Assembly: GCA_963801625.1 (NCBI GenBank)
Contig: CAWDFQ010000007.1
Location: forward strand, 130,145 to 194,144
Length of the DNA: 64,000 nucleotides
From: an uncultured delta proteobacterium
Lineage (GTDB): Bacteria; Myxococcota_A; UBA9160; PR03
Direction of reading: 5' to 3'
Part shown: positions 39,291 through 49,024 of the stretch, piece by piece
How the letters are laid out: each line of letters starts with the position of its first letter
Position numbering within the stretch: the first letter of the stretch is position 1
The notes under the pieces: model-generated
Databases searched by the model: none
What the model was told of the DNA's origin: nothing
What the model saw: the letters and a program-made list of their open reading frames with translations, nothing else
Program-made: the position numbers and the translations under genes

Positions 39291-42200
39291 ATGACGGTGC
39301 CGACGGACGACACCGAAGCAGGCGAAGTGCTCGACGCCTTCCGGGATCTCTCGGGCTGGAGCGCGATCGCGTCGGGGCAGGCGCAGCTCACGATCACGCC
39401 GGGACGACGGCCCGCACGGCCAGCGCGATGCGCCTCGACTTCGACTTCCACGGCGGCGGCGGCTTCGTCGTCGCGCGCAAGCTCTTCCAGCGCGCGATGC
39501 CGCCCAGCTGGGCGATCCGCTTCCAGGTGCGCGGCGCGGCGCCGGCCAACAAACTCGAGCTCAAGCTCGCCGATCCGTCCGGACGCAACGTGTGGTGGTT
39601 CCATCGCGACGCGTTCGAGTTTCCGGCCGACTGGCAGACCGCTGCGGATCCGCAGCCGCGAGGTCGAGTTCGCCTGGGGACCGGCCGGCGGCGGCGCGAT
39701 GCGCGAGCTCGGCGCGATCGAGATCGCGATCGCCGCCGGCCCGGGCGGCAAGGGCAGCGTCTGGCTCGCGGACCTGCGCTTCGAGGATCTCGAGCCGAAG
39801 GCGCCGCCCGAGGTGCGCGCGTCGAGCGCGCTGCCCGGACACGATCCGGCGTCGGTTCTCGACGGCTCGCCGCGGACGAGCTGGCGCAGCGAGCCGGCGC
39901 CGCGGCCCGCAGTGGATCGCGCTCGACTTCCAGGCGGAGCGCGAGTACGGCGGCCTCGTCGTCGACTGGGAGTCCGCGCGGAGGCGCGCGCGCGTTCGAG
40001 GTCCAGACCTCGAACGACGGCACGACGTGGACGCGTGCCTGGGCCGCAGCGCAGGCCGAAGGCGATCGCAACTACGTGTCGCTGCCGGGCGGCGCGTCGC
40101 GCTTCGTCCGGCTCGACCTGCTCGAGACGCAGGGCGGTGCCGGCTTCGGCATCACCGCGATCGGCGTGCGGCCGAACGACTTCTCGCGGACCCCCGACGA
40201 GTTCTTCCACAACGTCGCGCCGAGCAGCGGCGCGGCCTCCACCCGCGCTGGCTCGTTCGCGAACAGAGCTACTGGACGCCGATCGGCGTCGCGAGCGGTT
40301 CTGCTTCGGCGCTGCTCAATGAGGAGGGGCTGCTCGAGGTCGATCGCGGCAGCTTTTCGCTCGAGCCGTTCCTGTTCGCGGACGGCCAGCTCGTCACCTG
40401 GGCGGACGCCGAGATCTCGCAGCAGCTCGTCGAAGCGCTCGCTGCCGATTCCGTCCTCGCAGTGGCGCGCGAACGGCTTCGTTCTCACCACGACCGCGTT
40501 CGCGACGGCGGCGCCCGCTGGGCCGGTGCTGTACGTTCGCTACCGGATCGAGAATACCCGCGACATCTCGCGCGCGGTGACTTTCTTCTGCGCGCTGCGC
40601 CCGTACCAGGTCAACGCCGCCGTGGCAGGCGTTCCGGGGATTGGGCGGCGCGTGCCCGATCGGCGAACTGCGCTGGCACGCCGGCGCAGTGTGGGTCGAC
40701 GAGCGCAAGCCGGTGATCCCGCTCGAACCGCCGGACGGCTTCGGCGCCGCGGCCTTCGAGCAGGGCGGCGTCATGCGATTTCTCGAGCGCGGGGAAGTGC
40801 CGCCGCGGGATCAGGTGCGCGACGCGTTCCGTCACGCGTCGGGCGCGCTTCGCTTCGATCTCGAGCTCGCACCCGGCGCCGCGCGCGAGTACTTCGTCGC
40901 GGCACCCTTCGGCGCGCACGACCCCGCACGCGCCGACTTCGCCGAGCTGCAACGGATCGGCGGCGCGGCGAACTTCGAGAGCGCCACCTCGGCGTGGCGG
41001 GAGAAGCTCGGACGGCTGGAACTCCGCGTCGGCGGTGCCGCGCGTCCCTGCGTGGACGCGCTGCGCACCGCGGCCGCTCACATCCTGATCAACCGCGACG
41101 GGCCTGCGCTCCAGCCCGGACCGCGGCGCTACACGCGATCGTGGATCCGGGACGGCGCGATGATGGGCGCGGCGCTGCTCCGGATGGGCTGCGCGGACGA
41201 GGTGCGGGACTTCCTGCGCTGGTACGCGCCGTATCAGAAGGCCGACGGCAACGTGCCGTGCGCCGTCGATCGCGAGGGGCCCGACTGGCTGTCCGGAGCA
41301 CGACAGTCACGGCCAGCTGGCGTTCCTCGTGGCCGAGTACTTCCGCTTCACGCGCGATCGCGATCTCCTCGCGGAGCTGTGGCCCGCTGTGCTGCGGGCG
41401 GTCGATTATCATCGAGTCGCTGCGCAATCAGCGCCTCGGGCGCGAGTTCGCCTCGGGCGATCGCAAGGCGTGCTACGGCATCCTGCCCGAATCGGTCAGC
41501 CACGAGGGTTACCTCGCGCAGCCGGTCCACGCCTACTGGGACGACTTCTGGGCGCTGCGCGGGATCGGCGACGCGGCGCACCTGGCGCGCGTGCTCGGCG
41601 ACACCGCGCAGGAGCGACGGCTCGGCGAGCTGCGCGACGATCTGCGCAGCTGTCTGTACGCGTCGATCGAGACGACCATCGCGCAGCGCGGTCTCGCCTA
41701 CGTGCCGGGCTCCGTCGAGTGGGCCGACTTCGACGTGACGGCCACCGCGACGGCACTCACGACCACCGATGCGGCCGAGACGTCTTCCGCCCGCCGCACT
41801 GGCCTACACCTACGACGAGTACCTCCGCGGCTTCCGCAAGCGCCGCGACGGCACGATCGACTGGAACAACTACACGGCCTACGAGATCCGCAATCTCGGC
41901 GCGCTGGTGCGCCTCGGGCGCGTGGACGAGGCGCACGAGCTGCTCGACTTCTTCCTGGCCGACCGCCGCCCGCGCGCGTGGAATCAGTGGCCCGAGATCT
42001 CGTGGCGCGATCCGCGCAGCCCGGGTCATCTCGGCGACGTGCCGCACACATGGATCGGCGCGGAGTGGGTGCTCGCGGTGCTGAGCCTGTTCGCGTACGA
42101 GCATCCGACGAACGGATCGCTGGTGCTGGCCGTCGGGCGTTCCCGCCGCCTGGCTCGACGTCGGCGCGGCGATCGCGGTCGAGCAGCTTGCCGACCTGGT

Positions 42201-42418
42201 ACGGCCGCCTGTCATACACGATGTCGCGACAGGGGCACGAAACTCTTCAAGTCGCGTTCTCCGGTGACCTCGAGACGCCGCCCGGCGGCATCGTCGTGCA
42301 TGCACCGCTGTCACGGCCGCTCGTGCGCGTTACGGTCGATGGCCAGCGCATGGCGAGCGTCGAGCCGGCGCGCGTCACGCTCGATCGGTGGCCGGCGACC
42401 CTGGTATTCGAGTGCTGA
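39291..42418 (+). pseudogene. F5/8 type C (discoidin) domain + six-hairpin (GH15-like) glycosidase-like protein, many frameshifts
   Basis: Blocks: MRLDFDFHGGGGFVVARKLF; KLELKLADPSGRNVWWFHRDAFEFPADW; QWIALDFQAEREYGGLVVDWE..FEVQTSNDGTTWT (discoidin); RYTRSWIRDGAMMGAALLRMG..YQKADGNVPC; VSHEGYLAQPVHAYWDDFWALRG. The intact C-terminal end lies in ORF 38447..42418. Confidence 0.7.
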
Positions 42419-42523
42419 GTAGATGAGCACCGTCGCCTGAGAAGGGCAGTTGGCCGGGGCCGCCCGATGAGGCTATCGCTTCATCGCGCCGCGCGATCCC
42501 GCGCGGCGTCGGGAGGAAGAGCC

Positions 42524-42787
42524 ATGCGAACTGCGATCCGGATCGGAGCCCTCGTGGCGGTGTTCGGGACCGGCTACCTGGTCGGCGCGGTCACGCAGCC
42601 GACGGCCGAGGCGCAGATGGGCGAGATGGGCAAGAAGGCGATGGAGCAGGCAGCGAGCTCCGGCGGGCCGCTGGGCACCGCCGCGCAGCTCGGTACGACG
42701 ATCACCGGCCTCCAGAAGAACGTGACCGAGCTCCAGGGCCACATCGACACGCTGAACAAGATCAAGGCCGCGTTGCCGGGCAGCTGA
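42524..42787 (+). CDS. small secreted/anchored hypothetical protein (87 aa)
   Basis: MRTAIRIGALVAVFGTGYLVGAV is a signal or anchor segment, followed by a coiled-coil-like LQKNVTELQGHIDTLNKIKAAL. No family was recognised. Confidence 0.4.
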   Translation: MRTAIRIGALVAVFGTGYLVGAVTQPTAEAQMGEMGKKAMEQAASSGGPLGTAAQLGTTITGLQKNVTELQGHIDTLNKIKAALPGS

Positions 42788-43034
42788 TGCTCCGCGCCCA
42801 GGCGCGGAACTGCGATCCTCGAGCGAGTGCGACGCTGCGACGGGTCGGGCGATCAACGGCAATTATTTCTGCCGATTCGAGATCCCGGCCGCGCAAGCAC
42901 CATGCGACCCGCGTCTCAGCGCGCTGGGGCTTTGTGTCGTGGATCGCCAGGCGCACCGTGGACGTCGGTGGACGCGCAGAGCACCGGACATCTCTAGATG
43001 GCGTTGACAATGCCTCGAAACGCAGGCTGAGGTT

Positions 43035-43917
43035 TCACGGCTTCACGGGATCGGCTGTAGGCACGTTCGATTTGTTTTTCAGCTCCAAGATTTTTCTCAA
43101 ATTGTTGCGCGCCTCGACATGATCAGGTTTCAGGCGAATGACCTCCTGAAATTGGCAGATCGCCTCGTCGGTTTGGCCCTTCTCGTCGAAGGCCATGCCG
43201 AGGTTGAAGTGCGCGAGATAGTTGTTCTCCGTGACCGCGAGCGCATGCCGGAATAGGGCTTCACTGTCCTGCCAATACCCGAGCTGTCGCTGCGTCGACG
43301 CCATGCACAGGACGATCGCTACCGAAGCCGCAACCGACGACAACATCACAGGGTGACGCCAGCGTCGGGTCAGTTCATACGCACCCCAGAGACGGAATGT
43401 AGGTATACCGATCCCCCATCGCCTGTTCGCCCATTTGCTACCAACCCGATCACGGGCACCAGCATCCCGTGAGGTGGACCCCATTCTTTGGACCACTACC
43501 GGGCCACGTTAAGGTGTGAGCCTGCTCCGGTTCCGTGATCAGGGAATCGCCTTCGTGTCCAGGTCCCTCCTGGACTCTTTCACGCTCAAGTGTACATGGG
43601 GGTTCGGGGGGGCTTGCCCCCCCGGAGTTCCCCGCCGCGAGGGCAAAGAACGGGAGTTTCTCCCGCACCAAAGGCCAACTGGTCGAGAGGCGAAGGGCTG
43701 CTCGCGAATGATCGCAGTCGAGAGTTGGGAGTTCAAAGCGACGCAACGGCCAGTACAGGGCGATCGTCACCAGCAGCAGCAATGCCGCCATCAGCCACAC
43801 CGGCAGACGCGACCGGGCCGTGACAGGGGTAGACGCCACCGGCAGGGCGGGTTTGGATTTCGTCAAGGCTGCCCGCAAGAGCTTGGGGATGGGACTTCTC
43901 GAATTGCGATTGCTCAT
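43035..43917 (-). pseudogene. membrane glycosyltransferase-like (PMT/ArnT-type N-terminus) + TPR protein remnant with large internal deletion
   Basis: The N-terminus is MSNRNSRS...RLPVWLMAALLLLVTIALYWPL. The C-terminus is MLSSVAASVAIVLCMASTQRQLGYWQDSEALFRHALAVTENNYLAHFNLGMAFDEKGQTDEAICQFQEVIRLKPDHVEARNNL (TPR). The body between them is missing. GC is lower. Confidence 0.5.
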
Positions 43918-44102
43918 GCCTGCTCGAGTCCCATGTCGAAGCTTGTCACAGCTTCGAGGCCTTGCGAACTCGCTGCGCGAAGGACTCGAGGAGACTCGAT
44001 CTCGAGAAGAGCCTCGCGTGAGACGCTTCCCCAAGGAGCCGCCGCTCATCCAAGATCAAAAGCGAACGGGACATGCCCCTGAGCCCAGGCGCTTTTCTGG
44101 AC

Positions 44103-44119
44103 TGACAGCTATGCTGTCA
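44103..44119 (+). promoter_or_regulatory. second copy of the TGACAGC-TAT-GCTGTCA palindrome upstream of vapB
   Basis: It is identical to 14348-14364 while the neighbouring bases have diverged (gcgccgg vs gctctgg). Confidence 0.6.
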
Positions 44120-44135
44120 TGCGCCGGAGGTTCCG

Positions 44136-44408
44136 ATGGCGAACGACGTCCGCATGACCGTGCGCCTCGATCCCGCTACGCGGCGCAAGGTCGAACGCCT
44201 CGCCGCTCGCGAAGGGATCTCCCTGAACGAGGCGTTCAACCGGCTCCTCCAGCGCGCTGTGGACGAGGGGGAGCGCCCCGCGCGACGGCCACGCTACCGA
44301 CTCGAGCCGCGCAAGGGGGGATTCGGCTTCGACATCGCCCGGGCGCGAAGCCTCGCGGGTGAAATGAGCGACGAGCAGACGCTTCGCGAGCTGAAGAGCC
44401 GTCGGTGA
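44136..44408 (+). CDS. vapB: ribbon-helix-helix antitoxin (second copy)
   Basis: Intact 90-aa ORF, with 10 substitutions relative to copy 1. Confidence 0.85.
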   Translation: MANDVRMTVRLDPATRRKVERLAAREGISLNEAFNRLLQRAVDEGERPARRPRYRLEPRKGGFGFDIARARSLAGEMSDEQTLRELKSRR

Positions 44409-44836
44409 AGATCGCCGACGTCCAGATCCTCTTCTACGCCATCGACCCGACATCCGATCTGCACGAGCCCGCGGCCCGTTGGCTCGAGGACGCGATCAAC
44501 GACCGCGAGCCACTCGGCCTCACCTGGCCCACGATTCATCAATTCCTGCGGCTCGGGACCAATCCCGCATTCCCGGGCTGCATGACCGATGACGAGGCGA
44601 TGGCGTGGGTGCAGGACTGGATCGAGGCAGGTATCGAGGTCATCGGTGACGCTGATCTGCGCTGGGACCTTTTCGCAGAACTCGTCCGATCCTCACATCG
44701 CTCGCTGCGCCGCGCGATCGACGATGCGTACCTCGCCGCAGTTGCCATCTCGCGCGGCGCCACCCTGGTATCGTTCGACCAGGATTTCGAGTCCTTCGTC
44801 GGTCACGGGCTGCGATGGGAGAAGCCCGACAGTTGA
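44405..44836 (+). CDS. vapC: PIN-domain toxin (second copy)
   Basis: Intact 143-aa ORF, with 9 substitutions relative to copy 1. It overlaps vapB by 4 nt. Confidence 0.85.
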   Translation: MKIADVQILFYAIDPTSDLHEPAARWLEDAINDREPLGLTWPTIHQFLRLGTNPAFPGCMTDDEAMAWVQDWIEAGIEVIGDADLRWDLFAELVRSSHRSLRRAIDDAYLAAVAISRGATLVSFDQDFESFVGHGLRWEKPDS

Positions 44837-44993
44837 TCCAGCGAGGGTGTCGCGGCTGAGGCCTCGAGTCGGTGTGGCTCTCCCAGCTTCCGAAAGCTGG
44901 CGGCCCATCGACCGCCCTGGGATTTGCACGTGGAATCGCAAGGCGGATCTCTCTTCGGGCAGCGAGGGCCAGGAAGGACAGGAGGATTGAACG

Positions 44994-45626
44994 ATGAAGG
45001 TAATCGGTGCCGGCTGCCCTCGGACGGGAACGCTTTCTACTCACGCGGCCCTCACGCGCTTGGGCCTGCCCTGTTATCACATGGGCGAGGTGGCACTACA
45101 CGAGGATCACACGCGTGCCTGGTACTCGTTTCTCATCGAACGAAAGCCGATGGACTGGAAAGCGCTGTTCTCGAACTACTCGGCCACGGTCGATGCTCCG
45201 GCCGCATTCTTCTATCGTGAAATTTTCGCGGCTTTCCCCGATGCAAAACTAGTGCTGAACCTGCGTGACCCCGAGAGTTGGTACAAGAGCTTCATGACCC
45301 TGCACGGAGCGATGCAGCATCTCGCTCCACATCGTCACGCCAATCCGCGACTCGACATGTGGCTGCAGGTGGTGGAGGCGATTCACGAGCACTCGATCGG
45401 CGCCAACGCCGACCATGATCAGTGCATCGCCGCCTTCAATGCTCACAACCGGCGCGTTCAGGAGGAGATCCCCACGGACCGGCTGTTGGTCTTTCGCGTC
45501 CAGGAGGGTTGGGCTCCGCTCTGCGATTTTCTCGGTTGCGAAGTGCCTGACGAGCCGTTCCCCCATCTGAACGAAGGCGCCGACACGGTGAAAGCCGGCC
45601 TGTCGGTCATCTTCGGGATTTCGTAG
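44994..45626 (+). CDS. sulfotransferase family protein (soluble, ~210 aa)
   Basis: MKVIGAGCPRTGTLSTHAAL is a PAPS 5'-phosphosulfate-binding loop-like segment, with ..LVLNLRDPESWYKSF. The ORF is intact and preceded by a GGAGGA RBS. Confidence 0.7.
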   Translation: MKVIGAGCPRTGTLSTHAALTRLGLPCYHMGEVALHEDHTRAWYSFLIERKPMDWKALFSNYSATVDAPAAFFYREIFAAFPDAKLVLNLRDPESWYKSFMTLHGAMQHLAPHRHANPRLDMWLQVVEAIHEHSIGANADHDQCIAAFNAHNRRVQEEIPTDRLLVFRVQEGWAPLCDFLGCEVPDEPFPHLNEGADTVKAGLSVIFGIS

Positions 45627-45628
45627 CC

Positions 45629-46690
45629 ATGCCGGTCGCGATGAAGGCGTCGATCCGTGGCTACCGCAACCTTCCAGGCGAGCATTGCGGCAGCACCGCG
45701 ATGCGGAACCTCTTGTTCCACTACTGCGGGCTCGAGCTGTCGGAAGAAGAGGTGTTCGGCATCGGCTCGGGCCTCGACTTTCTGCTGATCCAAAACGAGG
45801 CGAACGATCCCGCTATCTATACGTTCGGCCGCAGCGTTACGATGGAAGTCGACATCGCCGACGCGCTCGGCGTCGATTACCGCGAGCAGCCGGAGCCCGA
45901 CAATGCACGGGCTTGGGAGGTCGTGCGCCGCGAGGTCGACGAAGGGCACCCGACGATGCTCTCCGGCGACGCTTTCTACCTCGACTATCGCGACTTCCGT
46001 GTCCATTTTCCCTCGCACCGGTACGTGCTGCTCGGTTATGACGACGAGCGGCGGCGAGCGCTCGTCGCTGATCGAATCATTCCAGACACACAAGAGTGCA
46101 GCTACGAGGCTCTCGCTCTCAGCCGCAACCCGCCGCTCGGAATCTCGACCCACAACCTGTGGGGCAAGTTCGACGGGACCCGCGTCAGCCGCTCAGTCCC
46201 GGAAGCGATGGCTCGCGCGCTCGAGAAGTCAGCGGGCCGTATGCTCGGCACCGACTCGTCGCAGGCGGACATCCTGCGCATGCTGAATCGAGGGGCCTCG
46301 ACCGAGGTCCGCTCGGGCCTCGCGGCGCTGCGCAGCTGGCACGCTTCCCTGCCCTCGTGGCGGGAGCGTTCGGATGCGCGCGGTCTGGCGACATACTCGT
46401 CGAACACGATCGAGAAGTACGGTACCGGGGGCGCCAACTTCCGCGTGCTGTATGCGGGGTTCCTGCGGCACGCCCGCGCGGTCGTGCCCGAGTTGGTCAC
46501 CGAGCGAATGCTGGAGTTGATGGACCGCTCTACGGCCTCGTGGAAGTCGCTCGGTGCGAGGCTCGCCGCCATTGCAGCCGGTAGCACCAGAGACGAATGG
46601 CAGCCGGCGCATGCGGCACTCGGAGAGATCGTCTCCGCGGAGACCGAATTGTTCGAGCGGTTGGGCAAGACGACGGCTGTCTCTGAGTGA
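45629..46690 (+). CDS. BtrH_N (papain-like Cys peptidase/acyltransferase fold) + DUF4872 domain protein
   Basis: Intact 353-aa ORF starting 2 nt after the sulfotransferase stop. It carries GEHCGSTAMRNLLFHYCGLELSEEEVFGIGSGLDF and ..FPSHRYVLLGYDD... Confidence 0.65.
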   Translation: MPVAMKASIRGYRNLPGEHCGSTAMRNLLFHYCGLELSEEEVFGIGSGLDFLLIQNEANDPAIYTFGRSVTMEVDIADALGVDYREQPEPDNARAWEVVRREVDEGHPTMLSGDAFYLDYRDFRVHFPSHRYVLLGYDDERRRALVADRIIPDTQECSYEALALSRNPPLGISTHNLWGKFDGTRVSRSVPEAMARALEKSAGRMLGTDSSQADILRMLNRGASTEVRSGLAALRSWHASLPSWRERSDARGLATYSSNTIEKYGTGGANFRVLYAGFLRHARAVVPELVTERMLELMDRSTASWKSLGARLAAIAAGSTRDEWQPAHAALGEIVSAETELFERLGKTTAVSE

Positions 46691-46864
46691 CGCCTTCCCG
46701 AGCGGATTTTGACGGAGGATTCCCGGCGGAAACGGGCACTTGTCGTGCGAGTCCGGTGGATCTCGCTCTCAGCTGGGCTTGTCATGAGAATCATCACCCA
46801 ATGTGCTCGACTCCGATTTGTGACTGCCTGCGACTGCGCATCGTGTCGCGACGAGTCGCTGCGA

Positions 46865-48682
46865 TCAGCCCGGGTCGCTGCGCTTCAGCAGGCGCGGCGT
46901 CAGGAAGAGCGCCGCGCCGTAGCAGGCCAGCGCCATGAACATCGTGAAGGGCTGGCCGTAGCGGAAGTCTTCGCCGAGCAGCTTGGCCCCGCCGATCGCG
47001 AGCAGCGGGTAGACGATCCACATGAGCTCGCGGCGCGACCAGCGCCGGCCCGCCCAGGCGAGGCCCACCGCCAGCACGGCGAGCACCGCGGTGCGGCCGG
47101 TGGCGACGAAGGCGCGGCTCGCCGGCTCGCCTCCAGCCGCGACGAGCGGGCCCTCCAGCAGGCCGGCCGCCAGGCTGGCCGCGGATAGGACGACCAGCGC
47201 CGCCATCATCGTCTCGCCGACGCGATCGAGGTCCGCGCGGGCGCCGGCGCCGGTTCGCGTCGTCGCGAGCAGGCTCGCGTAACAAACCACCGCCACCACG
47301 GCGACAGCGGCCGCGGCCAGTGTGAGCGAGGAGTGCGGTTCAGTCGGGTCGGCGAGCAACGCATCGTAGGCATAGCCGATGAGGCCGCTGTCGGCGGCGG
47401 CCGCGAGCAGATAGAGCGCGCCGTGGAACTGCAGCGTCACGCGTCCATGACGCCCGCCGATGGCGACAGTTGCGACTGCCAGCACCAGCCACACGAACGT
47501 CAGCAGCGGACCGGCCATCAGCAGCCGGCTGCCCGCGAGCACCAGCGCCACTGCCAACGCCATGTAGGCGTTGAAGTTCAGGCCGCGCCCGGCGCGGCGG
47601 TCGATGAAGACGAAGGCCGTCGCATAGCTCGCCGCGCCGAGCGCGAGCGCGACCACACCCACCAGCGCCGGGCTCGCGCCCGCGGCTCCGAGCACGCGCC
47701 AGGCCGAGCCGAGGCCGATCACCAGCGCGACGACCACCTGCACCATCTCGAAGCCCGTGACGGGCAAGCCGCGCAGCAGCGTGCGCCCGCCGAGGCCGGA
47801 GAGGTAGACCACCGGCAGCGCCAGGGCCATCGGCACCACGAACTCCGGGGGGATCTCCGAGCCCTCGCGCGTGGCCTTGAAGGCGAGCACCAGCACAGCC
47901 AGATCGACCGGCAACGCCGGCAGCCAGCGCAACACTGGCCAGTGCTGCGTGATGGCGAGCACCTCGACGCCTGCCGCGACGACCAGCAACACCAGGCTGA
48001 AGACGAGCCACTCGCCCGTGTCGAAGAACAGCCCCAGCGCGCTGGCGACGCTGGCCGCAATGAGCAGCGTGGCGACGGCGCCGAGTCCGTTGCGCACGGC
48101 GATCAAGAGACCGAGACCGAGGAAGGCGAGGATCGCCGTACCCGCCGCTGCCGGTGCGAGCAGGTCGAGGCGCGCGGTCGTCTCCCAGATCAGTGGGTAG
48201 GCGACGAACGCCGCCGCCAGTCCGTGGAAGAGCGCGCTCTGCCTGCGATCGGCGCGCGCGCTTCGCTCGGCCTGCCAGAGCCACCAGGCAGCGTAGGCAA
48301 GCCCCGCGAGCGGCCCGATACGGGCCGGCAGCACGCCGGCCTCGGTGAGCGCACGGAACAGGAATCCGCCGCCGACGGCCATCAACGTGCGTCCGGCCAG
48401 GGTGATGCTTCCCTCAGGCAGCCCGGGCAGAACGAGCGGTGTGATCTCTCTCGCCTCGGCCGCGACCGGCGGCGCGGACGCGACGCTGCGGCGAGCGGAA
48501 TCGACGGGGGTCTGCTCGACCGCCGCACCGCTCGTCGCCTCCAGCCGGGCGACTCGTTCGGCCATCTCCGCCAGCGCGCGCTCCAACTCTGCGATCCGCC
48601 CGGGCAGCGCCTGGGCCTCGCCGAGAGGTTCGCGGAGACGGTCTTCGAGATTGCGGGCGATCATCGCGAGGGCCTCCCCCAA
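46865..48682 (-). CDS. DUF2339 family polytopic membrane protein
   Basis: Intact 605-aa ORF. An N-terminal coiled-coil (LPGRIAELERALAEMAERVARLE) is followed by more than 12 hydrophobic helices. Confidence 0.65.
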   Translation of the reverse strand: MGEALAMIARNLEDRLREPLGEAQALPGRIAELERALAEMAERVARLEATSGAAVEQTPVDSARRSVASAPPVAAEAREITPLVLPGLPEGSITLAGRTLMAVGGGFLFRALTEAGVLPARIGPLAGLAYAAWWLWQAERSARADRRQSALFHGLAAAFVAYPLIWETTARLDLLAPAAAGTAILAFLGLGLLIAVRNGLGAVATLLIAASVASALGLFFDTGEWLVFSLVLLVVAAGVEVLAITQHWPVLRWLPALPVDLAVLVLAFKATREGSEIPPEFVVPMALALPVVYLSGLGGRTLLRGLPVTGFEMVQVVVALVIGLGSAWRVLGAAGASPALVGVVALALGAASYATAFVFIDRRAGRGLNFNAYMALAVALVLAGSRLLMAGPLLTFVWLVLAVATVAIGGRHGRVTLQFHGALYLLAAAADSGLIGYAYDALLADPTEPHSSLTLAAAAVAVVAVVCYASLLATTRTGAGARADLDRVGETMMAALVVLSAASLAAGLLEGPLVAAGGEPASRAFVATGRTAVLAVLAVGLAWAGRRWSRRELMWIVYPLLAIGGAKLLGEDFRYGQPFTMFMALACYGAALFLTPRLLKRSDPG

Positions 48683-49024
48683 ACATCGAACAGTCCTGGC
48701 GAGTCATCTTACAAGCACGCACGCCTCGTGGGCGAGGTATTGTGCGGTTCGAGAGCGAATGCGCAGCGGGCGCAGGACGCACTGCCGCGCATTGGCCGGC
48801 TGTGGGCAGCGCGGGAGTCCGGCAAGCCGTGCGGGTGCAGTACCGGAGTCGAGCGCAGTCGGTCGAGCGTCCTTCGCAAGCGCCAGATGGGTGCGCGCAC
48901 GGTTGTCTTGGCGGGCATACACCGAGAGGATCCGGTAGACGGGGCGTCTCAATCGCTCCCGTCGCGATCTGCAGAATAGGGCGGCATCCGTGGGGGGGAG
49001 TCGTGACCTGGTTCGAGCCGGTCT

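Larger units (their letters stand above)
44081..44916 (+). repeat. direct repeat copy 2 (vapBC module with flanks), paralogous to 14326-15163
   Basis: Same order and orientation as copy 1. By my count the proteins are 80/90 (VapB) and 134/143 (VapC) identical. Confidence 0.9.

Noticed and set aside
15164-44080. The vapBC-bracketed 29-kb block as a prophage or a classical ICE.
   Set aside because: There are no capsid, tail, terminase, portal, T4SS or intact integrase/relaxase genes. The block contains core metabolism genes (pgi, gnd, pgl). Only the weaker 'recombination-prone bracketed segment' idea was kept.
46775-47188. A Cys-rich ORF start (MRIITQCARLRFVTACDCASC...) in the gap after the BtrH-like gene, considered as a possible RiPP precursor.
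   Set aside because: The ORF continues for ~137 codons antisense into the DUF2339 gene with shadow-frame composition. There is no RBS and no conserved leader/core logic visible.
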